DNA of 64,000 nucleotides from Octopus vulgaris (Eukaryota): the NCBI GenBank assembly GCA_951406725.2, contig OX597817.1, forward strand, positions 93,620,001-93,684,000, given 5' to 3'. Position numbers and translations under genes: made by a program. Every line of letters begins with the position of its first letter. The stretch's first letter is position 1. A model generated the notes under the pieces. That model searched no databases. It was not told where the DNA came from and worked only from the letters and a program-made list of their open reading frames with translations. Shown in pieces: positions 13,291-25,267 of this stretch.

Positions 13291-14485
13291 CACAAGCATA
13301 CACATATAAACATACACGTACATATTTACAGATAATTGCATAAAGAGTGTGTGCATCTTCAGTTCGGCTGTAAAGTTACACATAAGTGACTTAAGCGTCG
13401 AGAAATTCATGAACTGCACTCCAGACCCCTCATTCACACGTGACTTTACAGGTAAGTGACGCGCGCGCAGTGTCCTAGAAAACTGAGTACACATGAGCAC
13501 TTTGGTGTCCTTTTACACACAAAAATATAACGACAAATATCAAATCTCGTTGTTTATAACACACACACATTGAAATATGGGTTAGAGCGCCAATACAAAT
13601 GTAAGGTGTTTTAGCAAATAACATTGGTAAGATTAGAGAAAAGGAACGGAGAGGAGGGAGTAAAACAAACAAAAAAGAAGAGCAAAACGAAACAAAAAAT
13701 AACGTCAAGTTAGGTTTTCAGAAACTATCAAAATAATGAGGAGAGATATCGATCAGGGAAGGAAATCAATAAAAAAGAAACCAGAGTCATGGAAGAAGAT
13801 GCAAAACAGTGATTTTGCTGGCAAAAAACATCAACATCTCTTTTCTCTCTCAGCCTTCATAAAAACTAGAGATTTCTTCGACAAAACGAGGGAACTGCTA
13901 CATGGTCGTACAATATGCTATGCTAAAAGTAGTAGTCAAATCTCTCACAAATCACACCATATTGTATAAGAATAAGGACATATTGGAGAGTGGCGTCCAA
14001 GGCTTACAGTGAATTATAGAATGTCATTGTCAGTCAAAGCTGACAAGATTTCTTTATCGTTCAAAGATTAACGGCGTTTCAAAAATCGCAGGATGTGTTT
14101 TTATTATTTATATACCATTACACACAAATACATCTACTAAAAAAGAAATACACATGTAGATCTAAAAACTATATTTACACATCCATCTACTAACAATCAC
14201 ACCCACATATGCACCAATAACTACACAAATATGATTTATAGAATCCTGACAACTAAGACGGTGCTTTATGAATATATTACTCTTACAAGGTCCTACCAGA
14301 TAGAGACATTGTGTTACATTCGATCATTGTCTCTTGGCAAATAGCAGAGGTGTCACAGCATCTTCGCAAATTGCTGAGAAACTGCAGTACAAACTATCTA
14401 AATATCATGGTAAACAGCTGCGAGACTGTGGTACATACTATCAGAGTGCTGGTGAAGAAAGAGGACAGGTCTTTAGGTTTTTCTT

Positions 14486-14858
14486 AGGCACAGGAGCGGC
14501 TGTGTGGTAAGTAGTTTGCTTACCAACCACGTGGCTCTAGGTTCAGTCTCAGTGTGACACCTTAGGCAAATGTCTTCTACTATAGCCTCGAGCCGACCAA
14601 AGCCTTGTGAGTGGATTTGGAAGACGGAAACTAAAAGAAGCCCGTCGTATATATATATATGTGCTCCCCCCCCCCCCCCCAACATCACTTGACAACCGAT
14701 GCTGGTGTATTTACGTCCCCGTAACTTAGCGGTTCGGCAAAACAGACCGATAGAATAAGTACTAGTCTTACAAAGACTTAAATCCTTGGGTCGATTTGCC
14801 CGACTAAATGCAGTGCTCCAGCATTGGCAGTCAAATGACTGAAACAAATAAAAGAATT
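14486..14858 (+). mobile_element. Full-length SINE S1 (tRNA head + CORE-like block + microsatellite + tail)
   Basis: ggagcggctgtgtggtaagtag...ggttcagtctc...gaagcccgtcg, internal (TA)n/poly-C, tail ending gtcaaatgactgaaacaaataaaaga. Confidence 0.85.
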
Positions 14859-15392
14859 CTGTGAATATGTAAATGTGACAAGACATCGTTGACAAAAAAA
14901 TGACAAGACATAGGACATCATTAGCATGTCAACTTGCCTTCCATATCTTTGTACTCTTAATCACTGTTGAATCACATGGCTGTCCACTAGAATGTCTGAT
15001 AGTTCCTGCAACTTGATACTGTTCTTTTATTGTTCCTTTTCTTCATCTTTCCAAGCATCTGCAAGCTTGAATCTAGCATTATAGCAAGAGTAGCAAAGAC
15101 TGTACTAATACAGACGTGTGATGTGTATGGAGGATAACAGTTGTATAATTAAGTGCTGGGCATTCAAAATGGATGGAATCCAAGACGAAGATCTATGGTG
15201 ACTTGGGACTAAGTGGTGAAAACTGACCTTAAAATACTGAACCTTACAAACATGGTGTAGGACAGCAATGAGTCGTGACAGTTTTGGAGAAGATCCGGAC
15301 ACCCATGCAAGCATTGGCAAAACAGACATTAAAATGATGGTAATAGAGGAATTATGTACATTAGACGGATATTTGTCCTCATCTTGTTTGTT

Positions 15393-15438
15393 AACACAAC
15401 GTTTCGGTTGATATACCTTCCAGCCTTCATCAGGTGTC
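15393..15438 (-). ncRNA. Minimal type I hammerhead ribozyme
   Basis: Stem I gacac/gtgtt, core CUGAUGA, stem II ggctg..caacc, GAAA, palindromic CG stem III, GUU triplet. Confidence 0.7.
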
Positions 15439-15585
15439 TTGGGGAAATTTCGAACTTGGGTTCTCATTCCTAAGGTATTTTTCGATGTTATTAGTAATAT
15501 TATTATTATTATAATTATTATTAATAATAATAACAACATCGAAAACTACCTTAGGAATGAGAACCCAGGTTCGAAATTTCCCCAA

Positions 15586-15631
15586 GACACCTGATGAAGG
15601 CTGGAGGGTATATCAGCCGAAATGTTGTGTT
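15586..15631 (+). ncRNA. Minimal type I hammerhead ribozyme
   Basis: gacac CTGATGA a ggctg gagggtatat cagcc GAAA tgtt gtgtt; C>T change in stem III. Confidence 0.65.
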
Positions 15632-16752
15632 AACAAACAAGATGAGGACAAATATCCGTCAAATGTAAATAATGTATCAACATTTAGTTCTCTCATTCAT
15701 TCTTGTTAGGTCTACTTCCTTTCCCTCATTACTCTCCTCTCCTATTTACTGTGCCATGCTGCATGTGTAACAAGGATGGCGTTGGCACTGCATGTATTCA
15801 ACATTATCATTGAACCTCTCTCCCATCATTATGGTTGTGTAATGGAGAGATGGCATCAGACATCTGTCCATATTCATACTCCTTCCACATTCTTTATCCA
15901 TCACACTTTCTCTCTCTCTCACACACATTACTCCCTCCCAGCTCACTCATTATTCTTATATATTACTCTTACTTCCAGGACTGCTATCACCGTCTCCTTC
16001 CTTCCACTTTCTTTTCCCTGAGTACCGTTCATACTGTTTTAATTAAGTCCCCTTACAAATAAAGATGTTGTTGCTATCACTGTTTCTTTTCTGTAACTCC
16101 TTCCTTTATTACTCACTTGTCACTATCACATTTGTTTTTCATACTACCATGGGTTGGGTAGGTCATCACAGTCCTGGTTTTGGCATATGGCCATTCAGTG
16201 TAGCAGGACTATGCAAGCTAAAATTATTTGGTCACTTTTGTCTTTGCTAAATCCTCATTATTCTCTCTCTGGACTTTTTCATTACTGTCACTGTCAGTTT
16301 GACGTTCTTCAACAACTTTTAAAAATCTTTCTAGAGTGAACTTAACTGTGATGTTGACTTGCTAGATGCCCTCCTGGGAGACCATAAAGAGTAAAGCAGC
16401 AGTTAGAAACATGGATTAATACCATAAAGTTAGATTTGATCCTTGTGTCTACTACTGGAATTGAGAATTAATGCATTGACAGGTGTCTGTGATCACCACG
16501 CATGGCTTGAAAATTTATGTTTATGATGCTGTGATTTACCAGTTGGGGCTGGATCAGCCTATCTTGGATGAAACTTACAAAGATATAAATATAGTAATGA
16601 GGATGAGTGATGAGAGAGTGACAGGGGATAATGTTTAGCAATAAAGAAGGGATGATGACCTAGGAATGGTTGGATACATAGAGATTCAATGAAATGCTGT
16701 CCCTCATAGCAAAGTTGTGATAGAAACGAAATGATAGTATATATGTACATTG

Positions 16753-17122
16753 ATTTCATCCTGCTCTTTTCATATTTTTAAGCGTTTTGTTTGGATAGCT
16801 TGATCTGTTCTCCCTTCGTTCCCCTATTCTCTAAACATGGCGACTTCATGCATTGCATTTTTAAAGTTTATTTTCCTTCAGGGCCATCTTCGATGTTTAT
16901 CCATTCTCCTCCGAAATATGCCCCCTCGTCTCTTACCGTATCTTTTTCATTATTTATCTATTCTCATTCTCTACCGTATTTTTTTCATTATTTATCTATT
17001 TCCATTCTCTACCGTATTTTTTATTATTTATCTATTTTCATTCTCTCTCTGGCTTTCATTCAGTCATTTATCTAATTAATTATTTTTCCCCCTCAAATAT
17101 AGTATTCAAACTAGTTGCTTCG

Positions 17123-17163
<41 letters not shown>

Positions 17164-17653
17164 TTTCCGTCCCCTTCCCTAATTCCCTTATAAAAGCCAG
17201 CGTGCGATCGTATCTGATCCCTATTCACTCGCTACACCTTCAAAGAAAACACAGACTTCCAAAAATGGCCAGCTAAGTCAATTTCATCCTGCTCTTTTCA
17301 TATTTTTAAGCGTTTTGTTTGGATAGCTTGATCTGTTCTCCCTTCGTTCCCCTATTCTCTAAACATGGCGACTTCATGCATTGCATTTTTAAAGTTTATT
17401 TTCCTTCAGGGCCATCTTCGATGTTTATCCATTCTCCTCCGAAATATGCCCCCTCGTCTCTTACCGTATCTTTTTCATTATTTATCTATTCTCATTCTCT
17501 ACCGTATTTTTTTCATTATTTATCTATTTCCATTCTCTACCGTATTTTTTATTATTTATCTATTTTCATTCTCTCTCTGGCTTTCATTCAGTCATTTATC
17601 TAATTAATTATTTTTCCCCCTCAAATATAGTATTCAAACTAGTTGCTTCGATT
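16753..17653 (+). repeat. Near-identical 373-bp direct repeats (period 528) upstream of the RTE ORF, separated by (TC)n and a TATA module
   Basis: 16753-17125 matches 17281-17653; the ORF track gives identical peptides 528 bp apart. Confidence 0.9.
17189..17230 (+). promoter_or_regulatory. Candidate Pol II core promoter (TATAAAA + Inr-like TCACTC)
   Basis: TATAAAAG at 17189, ttcactc at 17224-17230, (TC)n GAGA-type tract upstream. Confidence 0.4.
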
Positions 17654-17803
17654 TTGTCGCCCGCCCTCCCACCACCAATACCGGAAGTTTCTACCCTAAT
17701 ACCGGAAACTACCCCCTCCCCCACTAGCACCTATGTAGGGTTTATCTGAACATATAGCGCAAAAATTGTGAAAAGTATGCAGGTTGTAGTCTAGAGTTTC
17801 CAT

Positions 17804-20800
17804 ATGAAATCTGCCAAATGCAAGCTTTCTTTTCAGGTACATGACACTGCTGTCCCTCGTCCCAGGGTCTCTGATGCCCACACCTCCCAAACCCTCAGAG
17901 TTGGCACGCTCAACGTTGGCACATTGAAAGGTAGGTCTGGAGAGATTGTAGAGCTGCTTGAACGGAGACGTGTGGATGTATGCTGTATCCAGGAAGTAAG
18001 GTGGAGAGGAGGTTCTGCTAGGCTCCTCACGGGCAAGGAACACAGGTACAAGATTTTCTGGGCAGGGAACATTGACGGTGTCGGGGGCGTGGGTATACTT
18101 CTTGCGGAGAAATGGATAGGTAAGGTAATCGAGGTAGTCAGAATAAGTGACAGAGTAATTAAAATTAGATTAGTTCTTCACCATAGGACAGCTACCATCA
18201 TCTCGGCATATGCCCCTCAACCAGGGCTACCGGAAGGACAAAAAGACCAATTCTATGACACCCTATTGCGGACTACCTCATTGACAAATGACAGTGACCT
18301 TCTCTTCGTGGCAGGTGATTTCAATGGACATGTTGGACGACATGTCAGGGGCTTCCATGGCATCCATGGAGGCCACGGTTTTGGCTCTCGAAATGAGGAG
18401 GGAACCAGGCTGCTGGAGTTCTGCGATGCAAATGACCTTATGGTCTGCAATACCCACTTCAGGAAACCCACCTCTCACCTAGTCACCTACCGTTCTGGCA
18501 GACACACCAGCCAGATTGACTACATCCTTGCCAGAAAAAGGGAAAGAGGGCTGATTATAAATGCCAAAACCTTCCCAGGCGAAGAATGTACTCCCCAACA
18601 TAGATTAGTAGTTAGCGACTTCAGGATCAGAGCTAAATGGTCGCCCAGAAGAAGACCAGCTTGGAGGAGAAGGGTCTGGAAGCTTAAAGATCCTGCAAAT
18701 GCACAGAGATTTAGAGACATACTACTCGAAGCCTCTGACGAAATAGAAGGGGATATAGCTTCACTTAATGTGGAAGACAACTGGAGATTCCTACGGGACA
18801 ATCTGCTGACAGCCACTGACCAGATCTGTGGATGGAGCAAAGTACCATCTCGACCCAGAGTAACATGGTGGTGGAACACGGTGGTTGACGGGGCTATTAG
18901 ACAAAAGAGACAGGCTTGGAAGGACTGGAAGAACGGTGGTAGCAGGGAATTGTATCAGACAGCCAAAAGGGAAGCTAGGAGACAGGTTTATATAGCCAGA
19001 GGGGAAGCGGATAAGAAAAAATTTGCCAATGTTCTGAGCCGTGAGGATGAAAGACTTGAGGTATTTCGTGTTGCAAGACAGTGTGTGAGAGAGAATCGTG
19101 ATGTGGTAGGAGAGAAGTGTGTTCGCATGGATGATGGTTCACTTGCGCTAAATGAGGATGCAAAGAGAGAGGTTTGGAGATGCCACTATGAAAGTTTGCT
19201 GAATAAAGAAAATGAATGGGATAAAGAGAGTCTGCCAAATGTTGACCCAACAGAGGGGCCAGCTATCCGAGTTGATAGTTCCGTGGTAGCTAAGGCAATT
19301 AGAAGCATGAAGACAGGGAAAGCCCCAGGCCCATCAGGAATTACTGCAGAGATGCTCAAAATATCTGGCAGTGTCGGCTATAACCTAGTCACCCGTATAG
19401 TCAACCAGGTGATACACGAAGGAGTCATACCCAATGACTGGTGTAGCAGCATACTAGTCAACTGCTACAAAGGTAAAGGTGATGCCCTGGATACAAATAA
19501 TTACAGAGGTATCAAGCTGTTGGATCAGGTAATGAAGGTTACGGAGAGGGTCTTAGCCCAACTAATTAGAGAGAGAGTTAGTTTAGATGAGATGCAGTTT
19601 GGGTTTGTCCCAGGGAAAAGCACCACTGATGCTATATTCCTGGTAAGGCAGCTGCAGGAGAAATACCTAGCCAAGGATAAGCCCCTGTACCTGGCTTTTG
19701 TTGACATGGAGAAAGCCTTTGATAGGGTCCCCCGATCCCTCATCTGGTGGTCAATGAGGAAACTAGGGATAGATGAATGGCTGGTGAGGGCTGTGCAAGC
19801 CATGTACAGAGATGCCGTAAGTAAGGTTAGAGTTGGCAACATGTACACAGAAGAATTCAAAGTAGAGGTTGGGGTCCACCAGGGTTCAGTACTCAGCCCC
19901 CTCCTATTTATCATAGTCCTCCAGGCAATAACGGAGGAATTCAAGACAGGTTGCCCCTGGGAGCTCCTCTATGCTGACGACCTCGCTCTAATCGCTGAGT
20001 CACTATCAGAACTGGAGGAGAAGTTCCAGGTGTGGAAGGAGGGTTTAGAATCGAGGGGCCTTAGAGTCAACCTAGCTAAAACCAAAGTACTAATAAGTAG
20101 AAAGGTAGAAAACCCACAAATATCATCAGGAAGATGGCCCTGCTCGATCTGTAGAAAAGGTGTAGGTAGAAACTCTATAAGATGTACCCAGTGTAAGCTA
20201 TGGACACATAAGAGGTGCAGCAATGTCAAAGGTAGGCTAACTGGGAAGATAGTTTTTGTATGTGGCAGGTGCTCTGGAGCACTGACCTCCGAAAATCTGC
20301 AGAAAACAACTTCTGTCACTTTCCGGGGGAAAAACTAGAAGTAGTTGATAGTTTCCGCTATCTAGGTGACCAAGTCAGTAGTGGGGGTGGGTGCGCTGAA
20401 AGTGTAACTGCTAGAATAAGAATAGCCTGGGCAAAGTTTAGGAGCTCTTACCTCTGCTGGTGACTAAAGGCCTCTCGCTCAGAGTAAAAGGCAGACTGTA
20501 TGATGCATGTGTACGAACAGCTATGCTACATGGCAGTGAAACATGGGCCGTGACTGCTGAGGACATGCGTAAGCTCGTGAGGAACGAAGCCAGTATGCTC
20601 CGATGGATGTGTAATGTCAGTGTACTTACTCGACAGAGCGTTAGTACCTTGAGAGAAATGTTGTACCTAAGAAGCATCAGTTGTTGTGTGCAAGAGAGAC
20701 GATTGCGCTGGTATGGTCATGTGGCGAGAATGGATGAAGAGAGGTGTGTGAGAAAGTGCCAATCCCTAGCAGTTGAGGGAACCCGTGGAAGAGGTAGACC

Positions 20801-20921
20801 CAGGAAAACCTGGGACGAGGTGGTGAAGCACGACCTTCGGACGTTAGGTCTCACCATGGAAATGACTAGAGACCGAGACCTATGGAAGTATGCTGTGCGT
20901 GAGAAGACCCGGCAAGACTAG
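17804..20921 (+). CDS. RTE APE-RT polyprotein with internal PHD finger; two frameshifts near 20325 and 20445
   Basis: TLNVGTL, QEVRW, SAYAPQ, GDFNGHVG, QIDY, NYRGIKLL, DMEKAFDRV, HQGSVLSP, YADD. Continues in ORFs 20260-20463 (FRYLG) and 20460-20921. Confidence 0.92.
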
Positions 20922-21104
20922 TGAAGCCATAATCCGTGGCCCCTACCTGGGACGTAGTCAGTCCACCTGTGCATACCTTCCTTCTTGTGACACTTGTGAA
21001 GACCTGTTGAGGCAAGTGAGAATCGAATCGTATCAAATCAAATCGAACCAAATCAAAATAGATGAACATCAATGGAATTTGTATCCTTGTGGTACCAGTG
21101 CCGG

Positions 21105-21560
21105 TGGCACATAAGAAAACCATCCGAACGTGACCGTAGCCAGTACCGCAATGACTGGCCTCCGTGCTGAGGGCACGTAACAAACACCATCCGAGCATGG
21201 CCGTCCGCCAGCCTCGTCTAGCACCTGTGTCGGTGACACATAAGAAAACACCATCCGAGCGTGGCCGTCTGCCAGCCTCGTCTGGCACCTGTGTCGGTGG
21301 CACATAAAAAACACCATCCGAGCGTGGCCGTCTGCCAGCCTCGTCTGGCACCTGTGTCGGTGGCACATAAAAAACACCATCCGAGCGTGGCCGTCTGCCA
21401 GCCTCGTCTGGCACCTGTGTCGGTGGCACATAAAAAACACCATCCGAGCGTGGCCGTCTGCCAGCCTCGTCTGGCACCTGTGTCGGTGGCACATAAAAAA
21501 CACCATCCGAGCGTGGCCGTCTGCCAGCCTCGTCTGGCACCTGTGTCGGTGGCACATAAA
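21105..21560 (+). repeat. 63-bp GC-rich tandem array in the RTE 3'UTR
   Basis: Unit cacataaaaaacaccatccgagcgtggccgtctgccagcctcgtctggcacctgtgtcggtgg starts at ~21238, 21301, 21364, 21427 and 21490, with diverged units at ~21109 and 21175. Confidence 0.95.
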
Positions 21561-21855
21561 ATCACCCACTACACTCTCGGAGTGGTTGGCGTTAGGAAGG
21601 GCATCCAGCTGTAGAAACACTGCCACATCTGACTGGCCTGGTGCAGCCTTCGGGCTTCCCAGACCCCAGTTGAACCGTCCAACCCATGCTAGCATGGAAA
21701 GCGGACGTTAAACGATGATGATGATGATGATGATGATTGATAAGGGGAGAAGGTGAGTAAGACTGGGTGAATAATGAAGAGAAAATAGTAGCTGGAGAAT
21801 TAATATGAACATAATGGTGAGGAGAGACCCAAATATAGACATGCATTTTGATTTT

Positions 21856-22028
21856 CATCATTATCATCATTTTACATAAGTTTTCCCATGTTTGCAAGGG
21901 TTGTAAAGATTCTTCCCCAACACAGCTCTTCATCATAAGTTATCATTATCATCATTTTACATAAGTTTTCCCATGTTTGCAAGGGTTGTAAAGATTCTTC
22001 CCCAACACAGCTCTTCATCATAAGTTAT
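21856..22028. repeat. 85-bp tandem duplication containing an inverted RTE-type 3' tail remnant
   Basis: tcattatcatcattttacataagttttcccatgtttgcaagggtt...catcataagtta occurs twice. Confidence 0.85.
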
Positions 22029-25000
22029 AGTCTTTTCTCATCATTTTCATGAGGCTCAGCCTTTTAAGATCAGCTTCTCATGTTTCCCTTGGTCTCTTCC
22101 TTCCTCATGCTACATCCACTGAGCTCTCAATACCTCTTTAAAAAATTGATCTCTTTATGTATCACATGTCTATATCAGCCAGTCTTCTCTCTTATAAATC
22201 ACATCTGATTCTTCTTATACCCAACTTATCTCCTAACTCATTTGTACTAAGTGGCTCAACACATGCTAACATTAAAATATTAACTGGAACATACTTTTTT
22301 CCAACATTTGCAATTCTTTTGTATTTAGGGCCAATGTCTTGCTAATGTGGAGTATTGCACATTATACACAAGCAATGAACAATATACCCTTCACTCAAGA
22401 GAGAAACTTTTTGTTGATAACCAATAGCTAAGAACTTGTCTGCTAGAGTTAAAGGTAACTATTGTGCTGATTCCACCTACTGAGGCACAAATGTGTGACA
22501 GCATTAATCCTCTTTCCCTCAATTACATGTTAAGTTCAGAAAAGTTTTGATTCTTGAAATTATCTACTTGTTTCCAAGTTATTTCAGAGTTAATCAAACA
22601 ACTAACATCGTGAACATATTTATATGAAGAACAGGAAACAAACAAGAAGCCATTGTTTACAAATCAAGGTAAATATCAACTTAGTCGCATAAATACACAG
22701 ACAAACATACTTAATGTGTGTATATATATTCAAATATATAATGTATAAATATGCATATTTATAAATAAGCCACACACACACACACACACACAATGGGCTT
22801 CTTTCAGTTTCTGTCTACCAAATCAACTCACAAAGCTTTCATCAACTTGGGATGACAGCGTCACCCAAGATGACACTAGCAATGAGACTGAATTCAAAGC
22901 CATGTGATTGGGAAGTAAATATACACACAAGCCACTGGCCATGTTGTTTCATTTATGCAAATTACCTAAGCCATTAAAGTTCTTTCTTTCTTTTTCATGT
23001 TATGAGTGTCTCATTTGCTGGAGATAAGATAGGACAGCTGCTATGCTGATGATGCCTACTGGGTCAAAAACAGATGTCTACAGCTGTCCTCTTGTCTCTT
23101 GACAATCAGATTCCTTTTTCCTTAAAAGCAAAGCATATTGGAAAATTTTAGAAGAGTGTATTATCTCCTCTTTTGATTTTTAAGCTGGCACCATTCACCA
23201 CCACCCTGGAAGCATAGATAATTTCAATAAATCCAGAATCTTTCATGTATGGTATTCAATAGAAACTTATCATTGCTTTTTTTCTGTGTGTGTGGGGGGG
23301 CACTACACATAATCATACATACACCCTCATACACATATACCAGTTTGTCTAGAGAGCAGTTATTCTGCTTGTCATAAAGTGTTTATACTTCCTTCTTTAC
23401 CCCTACTCCTTAGTATGTATGTGCATGTGTGGTTAATAATGAAGCAGAGAGAGAGAGGATGTTGTTCTTAAATTTCAGGTCTTTTTTGCTAACTTTGAAA
23501 TAGTGATGGAATGAACATTCTAAAGAGTTTCTCCCTTGCCCCAACTGCCATTTTAAGGAGTCTCTCTCTTTCAGTATTTCCACCACCACCATTAACACTA
23601 ACACTCAAAGGAGTTTCCCCTCACTACCACCACTTGGAAGAGTCTTCTCCTTACTGCTCACAACCTCCACCATGGTTAACACTCTCAGGTCCTCTCTCTC
23701 TATCATTGCAACGAGCATTAAGTTATCCAGAGTTAATTCTGGATGTAGTCTCACACTCCTTACAACTACATCCTTTATATTTGCTGTGTTTCAGAAAACA
23801 AAATTAGAACACATTCTCAGCATTATCAAAGTTTACTGGCTTCACTCTTCATATAGTCATTTAGAGTCATGCTCTGGTTACAATCACACCCTTTACCCCC
23901 CCCGCCTTACTTAGTTCCCTAAGTAGAGAGGAAATCAACCCAACTGATTAATTTGTACATTAAAGCATTCTACATCCTCTCCCCAATATCACGTGACTCC
24001 TGATATTGTCATTTGGCATAGAAACCATTTTCATTTCAGTCACATCTGTGAAGGGAATTGATATTAATTACCACAACAGCAGCATATGCATTTTTTAAAA
24101 AAACCTAATCTACCCCCAGTAGAAATAGTGTTGGCACTCAATTAGAATCATCTTCAACTGATTTTAAGGTCCAGGTGAAATTTCAGAATAGATGTCCTCT
24201 TTCACTTTTTTATTATTCCTATGTTTTCATACAATGATAATTATAATTCTAAAGATTTGTGGAGAACTCACTTCAGCCATTCAAAAACTTAACTCAATCC
24301 TTTAATATTTGGTGTCAACATTTGTCAAACTATCTGCAAGTTAGCCACTGATACAGTTTCACAGCAACTGGTTTGGGTGAAGACTGTTGGTGGATACATA
24401 TAGGTCTCAGGGTTTTAAATATAATTTTTTTTTCTTTCAGCCATTCCAGTTGTCATCACCTGGTATTTATTGTAAGTCAGTTCATTTGGCTTTTGGTTGA
24501 AATTGAATGCCTGATTAGAGGAAAAAACTATAAATCTCCTAGGTCTATATAAGTTAGTCAAGTTTTGTCTTAGGCCAGTTTCTGTGTATCAGTGACCAGC
24601 TTGTAGATAGTGTGATGGGCTGTAATTTGCTTTTGTCTTGAGAACTTTGATATTTTTCATTTTTAACCTTTTCCCACTTCTATAACTTCTTCATAAGGTA
24701 TAGGATTTCTATTCTAAAACACCAAGAATTGATATAGAACATTCCAGGCTGCCAAACATTCTTCCAACACAGACTCTTGATAGTGACAAACCATTCCTCA
24801 GACAATAGTTAAAAACAAAACAAAGATTTGTTACAAATTCTTGTATGTATATGCGGGAATGTGTTATGTCTGTCTGCCTATAAAATAAAGCTTGCACTGT
24901 AGGGACATTCCCTGTCTAAAAAGCAGATAATGATTTTGGCACCTGTCAACAGTATGTCTCCCCCAGCAGTGCCAAACGGCTTTGATGCTACCATGAAATG

Positions 25001-25267
25001 TCCAGGTTGTTTCAACCCACAATGTAGTATACTTTTTCCTCACAGCATCCAGTCAGAAGTAACTAATCACACAAACCACGCAGCTTCCAGTTTTGGTCAT
25101 TCTCTCAGAATACCTTTGCCATATCCAAGATGAACTTTGCTTCCTTCACTAAGTCACAAATCACTGCTCTGTATTAAATACAATGCTAGCAACATAGGAC
25201 ATTATATATTGTTTAAGCATGCATGCCCTTCAAAAGGCATGGATGAATTTATCAAATTCACATCAGT

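Larger units (their letters stand above)
15346..15676. mobile_element. Palindromic hammerhead-containing Penelope-type non-autonomous element (family A, copy 1)
   Basis: Two ~145-bp inverted arms (15346-15490, 15535-15676) around (ATT)n/(AAT)n. Each arm contains gacac-CTGATGA-a-ggctg..cagcc-GAAA-cgtt-gtgtt (near-exact). Confidence 0.8.
16753..21735 (+). mobile_element. RTE-clade LINE, near full length
   Basis: Single APE-RT ORF with the RTE-type C-terminus RRLRWYGHV..RGRGRPRKTW. The 3'UTR ends in a (GAT)n tail. The 5' boundary is uncertain and no TSD was found. Confidence 0.88.

Noticed and set aside
13400-13460. Plus-strand exon ending CAG|GTAAGT
   Set aside because: No convincing reading frame, acceptor or homology; a chance match is likely.
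17265-17836. Intron joining ATGGCCAG to the RTE ORF via acceptor ttcttttcag
   Set aside because: The donor would be CTAAGT (non-canonical), and a spliced intron would be lost on retrotransposition.
21105-21560. CRISPR-like array or HDV-like ribozyme (gccagcctcgtctggcacc resembles the HDV P3/L3 region)
   Set aside because: The units are contiguous with no unique spacers or cas genes, and no P1/P1.1/P2 pseudoknot pairing could be built.
20866-21695. Repetitive ORFs of 115-229 aa
   Set aside because: They result from a stop-free 63-bp repeat and are antisense to, or within, the LINE 3'UTR.
23400-24900. Ancient LINE RT remnants
   Set aside because: Only faint motif echoes, too degraded to assign by eye.
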